A DNA stretch of 64,000 nt, taken from the NCBI RefSeq assembly GCF_009914755.1, contig NC_060932.1; one strand, given 5' to 3'. The stretch is from the human T2T-CHM13v2.0 reference genome, Homo sapiens. The position numbers and the translations under genes were made by a program. The notes beneath the pieces are model-generated. The model made no database searches. It saw only the letters and a list, made by a program, of their open reading frames with translations, and was not told the origin of the DNA. Every line of letters begins with the position of its first letter. Position 1 is the stretch's first letter. Shown here in pieces: positions 13,165 to 25,452 of the stretch.

Positions 13165-14075
13165 GTATTTCCTACTGAAATTTCAGTTCAGCTTGTCAAT
13201 TCAGGGGGAAAATTTCTGGGATTTTGATAGAGATTGTGTTCAGTTAGATCAATTTCAGGATTGTTGCCATTTTAAGAATATTAAGTCTTCTAATCCATGA
13301 GCACAAAATGTTGTTCCATTTATTTTTTCTTTATTTTTCTGCCCCATATGATCGGCAGAAAACATTTATTTTTTCTTTACTTTCTTTTTTTTTTTGAGAC
13401 AGCATCTCACTGTGTTGCCCAGGCTGGAGTACAGTGGTGCAATCATGGCTCACTGCAGCCTCTGTCTCCCCAGGCTCAGGTGATCCTCCCACCTCAGCCT
13501 CCTGAATAGTTGTGACTACAGGGTCACGCCATCACACCCAGCTAATTTTTTAAAAATTTTTTGTAGCGACGGGGTTTGGCCATGTTGCCTGGGCTGGTTT
13601 CGAACCCCTGGGCTCAAGCAATCCTCCCTACTCAGCCTCCCAAAGGGCTGGGATTATGGGTGTAAGCCACCATACCCAGCTTCTTTATTTTCTTGCAATG
13701 ATGTTTTGTAGTTTTCAGTATATACATCTTTTACTTCTTTTGTTAAATTTATTCTGAGTATTTTGTTTAGATGCTATTGTAAATGGAATTGTTTCATTAC
13801 TTTCATTTTTAATTGTTCATTGCTAGTGTATAGAAATACAATTAATTTTTGTATGTTGATCTTATATCCTTGCTGTACTCATTTTTTAGCTGTAATAGTT
13901 TTTTGTTGATTCCTTAGAATTTTCTATATAGGAGATCATGTCACCTGCATTTAAAGATAGTTTTACTTTCTCTTTCAATCTGAATCCCTTTTATTTCTTT
14001 TTCTTGCCTCATGAATCTCCTCTGCTATGTTGGTTAACTTATGGCTAGAACCTCCTCTACTATGTTGGGTAGAAG
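13165..14075 (-). mobile_element. Old L1 (L1M) ORF2 fragment, interrupted by an Alu
   Basis: Antisense L1 ORF2 motifs (gatgctattgtaaatggaatt, ttttgtatgttgatcttatatcct, ggctagaacctcc). Boundaries approximate. Confidence 0.75.
13381..13680 (-). mobile_element. Alu (AluJ-like)
   Basis: Poly-T followed by gagacag...ggctcaagcaatcctcc...cccagc. Confidence 0.93.
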
Positions 14076-14357
14076 AGGCTCATGGAAAGTTCTTAAAGAA
14101 ACAGCAATAGCCATATAGAATTACTTTTACATTAGCTATCCAAGCATTTTTGAGGATATTGTTTCTTATGCTACTCATCCATTTTAGAATAGTCTAGGTA
14201 AAACTTTAAGATTTTATTATTATCTCTCTTAAAGAACGGATATAGCTGCCTTACTGATAAGAAAACAATGTAGCCCATTGTATTTTCTTTTTTATCTAGT
14301 CTGTTGGCAAGTTCAAGTGAAATGCCAAAAACATACTAATCCCATTCAATTTCCTGT

Positions 14358-14703
14358 TATATATATATTATATATTATATTATATATGTAATATATAATA
14401 TATATGTATTATATATGTAATATATATTATATATGTAATATATATCATATTGTATATGTTATATATTATATGTAATATATTATATATGTGATATATTATA
14501 TATTATATAGTATATATGATATATTATATAGTATATATGATATATTATATAGTATATGTTATATATGATATATTACATATGTAATATATGTTATATATTA
14601 TATTATATATTACATATGTAATATATGTTATATATTATATTATATATGTAATATATAATATTGCATATATTATATATGTAATATATATTTTACATATATA
14701 TAT
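14358..14703. repeat. ~345 bp interrupted (TA)n / TATAT AT-rich array
   Basis: Nearly pure A/T, with recurring TATATGTAATATA and ATATTATATAGTATATATG units. Confidence 0.95.
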
Positions 14704-14989
14704 TTGAGACAGGGTCTCACTCTGCTGCCCATGCTGGAGTGCAGTGGCACAATCTCGGCTCGCTGCAACTTCCGTCACCCGGGTTCAAACAGTTCTCCTG
14801 CCTCAGCCTCCCAAGTAGCTGAGATTACAGGCATGTGCCACCATGCCCAGCCAATTTTTATATTTTTAGTAGAGACAGCATTTTGCCATGTTGCCCAGGG
14901 GCTGGTCTCAAACTCCTGACTTCAAGTGATCCACCCGCCTCGGCCTCCCAAAGTGCTGGGATTACAGGCATGAGCCACCGTGCCCGGCC
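14703..14989 (-). mobile_element. Alu (AluS)
   Basis: gagacagggtctcactc...gtgcccggcc. The tail position is occupied by the AT array. Confidence 0.95.
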
Positions 14990-15049
14990 TTCTTGGACTA
15001 TATTAATTCTACTATATTAGACATAATAATTGAAATTTTTTACCATTGT

Positions 15050-15260
15050 CTATTTTTTATTGTACACATTTGAGGTGTAAAATGTGATGTTTTGATATGC
15101 TTATTTTGAGATACATATAGATACACACACACACACATATATATACACACACATAGCATTTACTGTAGTCAAGCAACTTAACATACCCATTGTCTCATAT
15201 AGTTACCTTTCTTTCTTTTATTTTGTGTGTGTTAGGAGTACCTAAAATCTACTCTCTTGT
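15050..15260 (-). mobile_element. L1M 3' UTR fragment
   Basis: ttttattgtacacatttgaggtgtaaaatgtgatgttttga...aaaatctactctctt resembles an antisense L1MA 3' end. Confidence 0.65.
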
Positions 15261-15414
15261 TTGCCTCCTTTTTGAGGATTTGTTTTTCTACTTCTATTTT
15301 ATTACAACTACAAGTTATTTAACTTTTTGTTACATAACTGAAATTATGTATGCTGCTAAATTTAGTTAGCAGTTTTTATATTTTATCAGGCAAACTTTAT
15401 TTAGAATTTGATCT

Positions 15415-16040
15415 CATTGCCAATCTCTTCTTGAAACATTTTGTCTGCCCTCTTGGCTTTTATGATTGTCTGTTAGTTCTGCATACACTCTGGCCACCTC
15501 TGTCTTCTTTGTGAGCTTTCTATATGTCCTCCATGTTGACATTTTCCAGGATCCCATCCTGGGCCCTCTTTTCTTCACTATCTACACGTATTATCTTAAT
15601 GCTTCATGGCTTCAATGCTTCATGGCTTCAAGTAGCATGTATGTATTGATAACTTCCAAATCTATACTTCCAGCCCAGATCTCCCTCCTAATTATCTGCC
15701 AGATCTGTCCTCCTGGGTTCTGCACATCTTCCTGTATGTCCCAGGGGCATGCTAAGCTCAGCATGTAAAATTAAATTCATTATACCCCTCACCAAACCAG
15801 CAGCCAAAATAAATAACTTACTCCTCCTTCTATACACTCAGTCTCAGTGCATGGCCTGTTATCTTTGCACCTGCTCAAACCAGAAACCTGGGCATCACTC
15901 TTGATTAGTTCTTCTCCACTGGGCACAATTTCTTCCCTCCATTCACCAAGTCTTGTTGATTCTAATGCTTAATTGCCTCTGAAATATGTTTATTTCTCCA
16001 TAACCCCATTTCTCCTTCCATAACTTGAGATATTATCTCT
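15415..16040 (+). mobile_element. L2 LINE fragment
   Basis: tcctgggccctcttttcttcactatctacac, ccaaatctatacttccagcccagatctctc and ctcaaaccagaaacctgggcatcac are L2 3' motifs. Confidence 0.75.
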
Positions 16041-16098
16041 CATGGAGATTAGTTTAATAGGAAATTCTTATCTTAAAAAATAACTTATAAATATAAAC

Positions 16099-16467
16099 TG
16101 TATTAGTCCATTTTCATACTGCTATGAAGAAATACCTGAGACTGGATAATTTATAAAGAAAAAGAGGTTTAATTGACTCATAGTTCCACATGCCTGGGGA
16201 GGCCTCACAATCATGGAGGAAGTTCAGTGAAGGAGGAGAAAGGCACATCTTACACGGCAGCAGTCAAGAGACCATGTGCAAGGGAAATGCCCTTTATAAA
16301 ACCATCAGATCTCATGAGATTTATTCACTATCACGAGAGCAGCATGGGAAAAACCCGTCCCCATGATTCAATTACCTCCCACCCAATCCCTCCAATGACA
16401 CATGGGGATTATGGGAGCTATGATTCAAAATGAGGTTTGGGTGGTGACACAGCCAAACCATATAACA
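16099..16467 (-). mobile_element. THE1-family (ERVL-MaLR) solo LTR
   Basis: TGTATTAGTCCATTTTCATACTGCTATGAAGAAATACCTGAGACTGG...ACACAGCCAAACCATATAACA; TG...CA ends, ~370 bp. Confidence 0.92.
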
Positions 16468-16559
16468 AGCTCATTAGGATAATAGCATAAAATATGAGTA
16501 GTCAGTTTCTCTGAAGTAGTTAATTTGTGAAAACATCAGAGAAAAAGATCTCTGCTTTG

Positions 16560-16975
16560 GTAAATAGGTAAACAATGTGGTATATCCATACAATGGAATA
16601 TTATTCAGCTGTAAAAAGGATTGAACCACTGATTCATACTACAACATGGATGAAGCTTGCAAAACTTACGCTAAGTAAAAGAAGAAAGGCACAAAAGGCC
16701 ATATATTGTATTATTTCATTTATATGAAATGTCCAGAATAGGAAAATCCTTAAAAAAAAAGTAGATTACTTGTTGCCAGGGGTTAAGGGGAAAGGAGACT
16801 GGAGAATGACTACTAATAGATACAGAATTCATTTTTGGGGTGATGAAATGTTGTCAAAATAGATAGTGGTGATAGTCACACAACTTTGTGAATGTTCTAA
16901 AAGCTACTGAATCATATACTTTAAAAGGGTGTGTTTTATCACCTGTGAATTATATGATTTTAAATGCCAAAAAAT
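16560..16975 (+). mobile_element. L1MB-like 3' end
   Basis: aatgtggtatatccatacaatggaatattattcagc...ggggtgatgaaatgtt...ctactgaatcatatactttaaaagggtg. Confidence 0.8.
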
Positions 16976-18185
16976 GTCTCCAGAAAAAAGTGAGGGAAGG
17001 AGAATCTATAGTCTATGTTGCTTCTTCTATAAATATGACTTTAGAGGTGATAATATGCAAACAATATTTTGTTTAGGGTTTAGTTTGTCAAGCATATTTT
17101 CTTTTATTCTAATACTCCTTCTGAGCCACCTTTCCCTAAAATATTCATCTTTTTTCTATTTTTTTCATCTGTGCGTATATTTTTAAATTTCCAGAGTGTT
17201 GAAGATGAATAAAACACAGACCTTATGCTCAAGAAAAGGTGATTTTTTTTTTCCTTTCTGTTACTGTCCAAAATTTATTCTTTGGACATAAATATAATCA
17301 TTGGCCTCAAACTGTGAACTGGCTACATATTGAAGATTCTCAATTAATAATTAAATATATTATTCTCAAAAATTTAGGAAAATTACTAGGTTAAATGTTG
17401 ATACGCCATCATATTATTTTCCTGTGTGGTAAACTTGAGTGTACTCATGACTTCACAGTCACTATATGGGACCCTGCAAGTGACAAATTTGAGGCTAGGT
17501 AACATACATGGTCTGAAGAGAAGGTCTATCTGAAGGTAGAGGACTGAGAAGGCAAACCTACTAGAGTAAGAACCTGAAGATGGAGGAGGAGATGGGATCA
17601 GAAACATAGCTGGATAAACTGGCTTGAAAAAGGAAAAACAAATATGAAAATAGATAAGTTATTAGATAAGGAGTTGGGAAGTTGGCTAATACTGCCTGAT
17701 GGCCTTAATTTTCTCAATCACATAAGAAGTAAGAATATAAGAGTTTAAAAGTTGAGTTGGGGGTTTGAAGATTTGGAATAACTACTGAAGAAAATATGAG
17801 AAGTAGCTTACAATGGACAAATTAAAGGGTTGTTGAATAGTTCTGCAGGTTGGAGACAAACAGTTTCAAGAGACACCAGCATGAGAGAGCAGTGTGATCT
17901 TTCTCACTAGCACTGAGATAGGTAAAGTGTAGAAACAGTTAAGTCACACTATAGCATTTATTGAGGAGTGGGAGTTTTGATGGATGGGGTTGTTGGAAAA
18001 ATAGCAGTAGAAAGAAACTGAGAGTGCTTGTATAAATGTCAGTGCTAAATAAGAAGGAAGACAAGTTCATGTGGGAACTGATGAAGTAGGATAAAACAGA
18101 TGAAATCCAAGAATTGGAAAATTATATGATATAGTAAAAATAGGGTTCGGGGAGGTAAGAGGTTTTAGTTATAATATGTCTTTGA

Positions 18186-18502
<317 letters not shown>

Positions 18503-19142
18503 CTATTAGTTGAAATATTATATGACACAGCATTGGAGTGAATAGAGTGTAATGGAAGAGAAGATAAATATGAAGATAACTGGATTTATGTAAGTTTGGG
18601 ATAATTGGGCGGTTGGTTAGGTTTTTGTAACGGCTATTTAAATCCTTTAGGATTGTGGTAAAATTGAGAATTGAAGAAAAGTCTAAGCCAGCTCTCAAGG
18701 ACTTCAGTAAATGAAGGAGTGACCATTAGATACCAGAAAGGGAATAAAAGGGGTTGGGTGTCGGGAGGGGCAGAGGTATAAGTTAGCATAGCCAGTTGTC
18801 ATAAACTGCAAAGAAATTTAAACTTCTAAATAAAAGTGGAAGGTAAATATTCAAGAAAAAGTATCAACTAGCCAGAAATATTACAACCTAGGAAGAAGGA
18901 TAAGTATTTGTTACTAGAAAGAACCTCAGGGGAAACAGCATGTTCAAGAAAGTACCAGGTTTTAGTTAAGACAAGATAAAGGTTGGTATTGCATTGTGCA
19001 TAGTGAAAAGGGTTCCACTTGCTATTGGTGTCACCACACTTTCAGGGTGATCATTTCTACTAACTGATATTATTTCTAATTCAATACCATATCTCTCTTC
19101 ATTGATATGAAATTGGACATCAGTGTTAATTAAAAAAAAAAG

Positions 19143-19598
19143 TTTTAGGACAGAGTCTCATTTTGTCATCCAGGCTAAAGTGTAATGGTGCTATCATAGC
19201 TCACTTCAACCTTGACCTTCTGGGCTCAAGCAATCCTCCTACCTCAGTCTCCCAAGTAACTGGTACTATACAGGTACATGCCACCATGCCTGGCTAATTT
19301 TTTAAAAAAATTTAGAAGGCTGGGCATGGTGGCTCACACCTGTAATCCCAGCACTTTGGGAGGCCGAGGTGGGCAGATCATGAGCTCAGGAGATCGAGAC
19401 CATCCTGGCTAACATGGTGAAACCCCATCTCCACTAAAAATACAAAAAAATTTAGCTGGGCATGGTGGCACGCACCAGTAGTCCCAGCTACTCGGGAGGC
19501 TGAGGCAGGAGAATCGCTTGAACTGGGAGGCGGAGGTTGCAGTGAGCCAAGATTGTGCCACTGCACTCCAGCCTGGGTGACAGAGAAGACTCTGCCAC

Positions 19599-19632
<34 letters not shown>

Positions 19633-19790
19633 GAGAAAAGAAATGAAATGAAAAGAAATGAAAAAATTTAAGTAGAGACAATGTCTCACTATGTTACCTA
19701 CCCAGACTTGTCTTGAACTCCTGGCCACAGACAGTCCTCTCACTGATGCCTCCCAGAGTGTTGGGATTATAGGCATGAGCCCCCCAGCCT
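19143..19790 (-). mobile_element. AluJ split in its central linker by a younger Alu
   Basis: Right arm at 19143-19310 and left arm at 19670-19790, both on the minus strand. Confidence 0.88.
19318..19660 (+). mobile_element. Alu (AluSc/Y-like) nested inside AluJ
   Basis: GAGATCGAGACCATCCTGGCTAAC, a long poly-A and a GAAAA/GAAAT tail. Confidence 0.95.
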
Positions 19791-21226
19791 AAAATTCATT
19801 CTCATGTCTTACATAAGTTTTAAGAGACTTTTACAGTTTTACTTTGTAATATAGTTAGTTAGTAACTTCTATTTATTTGTATTTCTGTGATAACTGGTTA
19901 TTCTATCCTTATTCAGAGATGCCTGCACAGATTAATTTTTACTGATTAATTTCATTATAGACAAAATAATAATTTAGAGTTATATACATTAAAAATGTTC
20001 ATTATCATTGATTAATATATTCAACTTTTGTTTTATGGCATTACTACTATTGATTAATTTGCAGGTAAATATTATTTCTATTAACTTGTCTGCTATAGGG
20101 ATAAAATGCATTTCTATGCTCTTTTCACATTTAATTTCTAACATTTTTCCCACTGATTATACATTAAGGAGTAAAATGAATTTAGTATGAAAGTAGAGAA
20201 ATCATGAAATTGGAATAAATTCTACTGTATGAAATAATTACAGTAGAAAAAAATGCTGCAGTAGCTTCCATCACATTCAATATTTATTTTTAAAAGCAAA
20301 TAAGGACAATTAATCTATAGCTGTTATTCAAACTAAATGCAGTATTCTGACCAGTGATTCCCTCATAATCATGTTTATCCCTCATGATAAGCAAATTTAA
20401 CATACAGAAGTTCGAATTTTATAGATATAGTAAAAGAAAAAGTTTGAAATAAAATAACTTTCATGCATGAGTATTATTGTTAGATGCCATAACATCAGTA
20501 TAGTGTGGTACTATAGTATGACTTTATTTTCAAATTCTGATTCTCCATACAGAAAAAATGGAATCTAATCTTCAGGATACAAAAGTGAAAAAAAAAATCC
20601 AAGAACACCTGGCCTGAGACTTTAGGATTTTAAGGAAGAAACAATTCCAGTCTTTATTTTTTAGCCATATCTTGACTTCAACCCTTTGCACTTCTCCTTG
20701 ACCCTTCTCTTTCCAGGATCTTGTCTTTGTTCCTTGCACGTATGTTCACGTTGACTCTTCTACCTGAAATGTGGCTTCTGGTTTCTTTTTGAGTAAAGTA
20801 CCTACTCATCCTTCACCACTCAACTCACATGTGAATTCTTCCATGACGTACCTTCTCTTCTCTTCACAGCTTATATATAATGTTCTTTTAAAATAATAGT
20901 TTCTCTTGTGATACCCATTTTCTCCCCTGTGATAGTTTTTTAAGTATATATTTAATCTATCATGGTTGATTAGTTGAGTATAGTATATCTATCATTTTTA
21001 TCTTTTTATTTTTCTGCCTCCCAGTATCTACAATATTTCATACATAGTAGGGACTCAATAAAACTTTGTATATGAATAAATTAGATTGCAACAAAACAGT
21101 GAAAGTTTACACATGTGAAGAGCTCCAAAGGAATAGAGCTTCCAACATAGTACTTCTAACATAGTGCAATATCCAATATGCTAGTCACAGTCTTCTTTGA
21201 CAAAAGTTTTTAAATAGTCCAGGACA

Positions 21227-21501
21227 GGCTGGTATTGGTGGCTCACGCATGTAATCCTAGCTCTTTGGGAGGCCAAGGCAAGAGGATTGCTTGAGCCCAG
21301 CAGTTCAAGACCATCCTGGGCAACACAGCAAGACTCCATCTCTACAAAAACTTTAAAAAAATTACCCTGTGATGGCACATGCCAAGGCTGAGGGAGGAGG
21401 ATAGCTTGAGCTCAGAAGTTCAAGCCTGCAGTTAGCCATGATCAAACCGTTGCATTCCAGTCTGGGCAACAGAGAGAGATCCTGTCTCAATAAATAATAA
21501 A
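21227..21501 (+). mobile_element. Alu (AluJ-like)
   Basis: Diverged dimer. TSD TAAATAGTCCAGG at 21211-21223 and 21502-21514. Confidence 0.92.
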
Positions 21502-21790
21502 TAAATAGTCCAGGTGGTCTTTCCCCTGCCCCCCCCCCACAATGGAAATAAACTACTATTTCAGAAATCAGTGGAAATTACTTCATAATAATGTATTTCA
21601 TGGCTCATATGTATTCCATTTAGGAACAATTTGGTTGGTTGGTTGGTTGATTTACTGATATATGATGAATAGTCATTTCCCTCATCTTTTCATCTTTCAA
21701 AAGAATTCTCTTTACACTTTTCTTTTGGGGCATATTCAAAGATTGGCATGAGTTTGCTTAATGTTTAAATTCTAATGGTATCTTTTGTTA

Positions 21791-22159
21791 TTTTTTCTTT
21801 TTTTTATTTAAGAGACAAGGGTCTTGTTTTATCATCCAGGCTGTATCATATCTCACTGCATGATCATATCTCACTGCATGATCATATGATTACTGCATGC
21901 CATATGATATGGCATGATCATATCTCACTGCAGCCTCCAAATTCTTGGCTCAAGAGATCTTCCTGCCTCAGCCTCCCAAGTAGCTAGGACTACAGGCATG
22001 CACCACCACACCTGGCTATTTTTTTTTTAATTTTCATTTCTGTAGAGATGGGATTTTGCTGCGTGCCCAGGCTGGTCTCAAACTCCTGTCCTCAAATGAT
22101 CCTTCCACCTTGGCCCCCCAGAGTGCTTGGATTACAGGCATAAGCCACCATACCCAGCC
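21791..22159 (-). mobile_element. AluJ with internal tandem expansion
   Basis: Antisense dimer with TSD TTTTGTTA, carrying extra 18-bp units at 21845-21932. Confidence 0.92.
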
Positions 22160-22596
22160 TTTTGTTACCTTTTCTTATGGTTTTCTCCCACTCTTGTTAG
22201 ATTTCATGCAGGATTTTTAGATATAATGTAATTATCATTTGGAGATGGCAAAAATAAGAAAATTTGTAGAATTAGTCTTCTGGGACTTTCTATGAAAATA
22301 TTTTGAGTAGATATATAGTTGTCTGAAGACCACTATGTATTTTCTAGATAGTCTATTATTTACTCAGCTTTCTTTTACTATTTCTGTATACCACAGAGTA
22401 TGAATTGCTACCTTATATGGTACACCTGTCATATATAGAGACTTAGAGTTCTGATCTGGCACCTTGAGGATTAGACTGGCTTGCTTTGCTAAGCTGTGAA
22501 TGAGAACTTGATGCCATGAACACTGACTCATAGTAAGCATACAATGAGTCTTCATCACTTTTCATCATCCACATTTTTAGTATAAGAAATAATGCT

Positions 22597-22889
<293 letters not shown>

Positions 22890-22917
22890 CTAAGTCCCCC
22901 AAAAACATGCATGAGAG

Positions 22918-23145
22918 GTAATATAGCATAATGATTAAAAGTTAGCTCTGGATTCAGACAGAACTTGATTGAGTCCTTGTTCTGCCAGTTTCTAACAATA
23001 TAAACTTGGGAAAATAAAAGCCACTCTCTTCACATACTGGGGATAATAATAGTAATTTTTTTAGAGGGTTGTCATGAGAACTCAACGCAGTAATGCCCTC
23101 AAGGCACTTAACACTTTCTGGCACATGACAAGCATTTCATAAATA
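22918..23145 (+). mobile_element. MIR SINE
   Basis: gctctggattcagacaga...tctgccagttt...gggataataatagta...agagggttgtcatgag. Confidence 0.7.
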
Positions 23146-24933
23146 GTAGAGATGGGTTTAAAAAAAGAAAGGAATCGGAAAGAGGAAAAGTAAATTTATA
23201 AAATTCTCACTTTTTTAGCTTTTTAGAACTGCATATTCCATAGAAACTTTCCTCACACTTTTCCACATGACAATTCAGAATAGGATAGATCCATTTTGCA
23301 TTTCATACAAGATAAAATATTTTCTGAAGTACCAAAAGATTTCATTATAATTTCACAAAGTAATAGGGTAGAGATTGTGGACAATGTTTATAAGGTTTGT
23401 TTCATAGTTTGATATGGTTGACCTTTAGTGGTTATGGAATTAAAATTATTTTATTTCTTAAATTGCCTTCATTTTATTCAGCAAATAATTTTTAACATCT
23501 ATGTGCTAGACCCTGTGCCAAAATAGGGAAAATAGTTGTTAACAAAACCTATCCCTTTCCTCAAAGAGCTTATTTTCTAGAGGGGAGATGGATAAGTGTA
23601 CAAATGATTACAATATAGAATAAAAAGTATAAAAAGTAATTAGATTGATTTGAAAATAATAGTTCCCATTGGTAAAGCATTTTATAAGCCACTTAAATTT
23701 CACTTAAAGCTCTCTTTGAAGCTCAGATTGATGGAAAACTGATGTTATAAGAGGTGATCTAAATTGCCCAGTATTACATAAGTGTCAAAGTAGTGATAAA
23801 AATTATACCGTATGTAACCAAAGTTCAGGGTTCCTTCCACTTCACTGCAGAATACCTTTTGAAGACATAAACTGTGACAAGAAAAGATAAGTGAAACTCT
23901 TTCAGCCTTATATAAGGCAGAAAAACATTCTCAAAAGAAAATCTATAATTTCTTGCTGCCTCTAACCATTAAAAAGTCTTTTTCTGAATTAATAGCTTAA
24001 GAACATATTTGAGAAGCTTAAACAGTTTTTCTTATCCTTGATCCAAACCAAGCATAAGGTTTTTAAACTGTAAAAAATACAGTAATTAAAACATTACATA
24101 TTATTTTGCACATGAGTCCCATGGGTTCTCTTGTTAAGTCTTTTTAAAATATTCCAGCTATGTGAATCTGAGAGGACATTTAGCTAAAATCAGTCAACAA
24201 GATAAGAATATGAGCTATGAATACTTAGAAATATAAAATTGAATCTTTTAAATCAGTGCTTTTCAAGTGTATTTTCAGAAAGTTAATCCCCTGCACTGAT
24301 GCTTTAAAAAAATTATTCCACTATCAAATAAATTTGGGAACTACTACACATACAGTCCTTCTCATCAACATTCACAGCATACCTGAACACTCTGAGATGC
24401 ACTATAATAAAGTTGTATTTAAACCAGCATTTTCCAAACTTTGTTTATAGTGGAACTATTTTAGTGTAATACTTTCAGAGTCATTCAGGGAATGTGCTTA
24501 AAACTCATTGACATGCTTTAATTTTCCATTTCAAACTTTGGCCTCTATTCTTTCAGTAAAATAAATATTTTTATTCTTGTTGAGTTTAAGCATAAAATTA
24601 TGGTACAAAATATGGGGTTGTCTAGAAAAAACTCACTGTAGGGATTGATATTATCTCTAAAAAAGCTGACAGATGGAACTAGCAAATGAATTGTAAAATC
24701 AAGTAAGGATTAACAAATCCAGTAAAGAGGAAAAATGTTATCCAAGGAATACAAGATGAGATTTATCTCTCAAGCAATGACACTAATAGAGGGAATATAA
24801 AAATAGTTTCTATAGTTCAATAAATATTATGAGAATTGATCATTTTTGCTGACTTCCCAAATATATTTTAAAAATTCAGTCTGTCTGTTGTTTGGGGAAT
24901 CACTTCAAACAAAGCAGTTAAGCCACAGTATAA

Positions 24934-25452
<519 letters not shown>

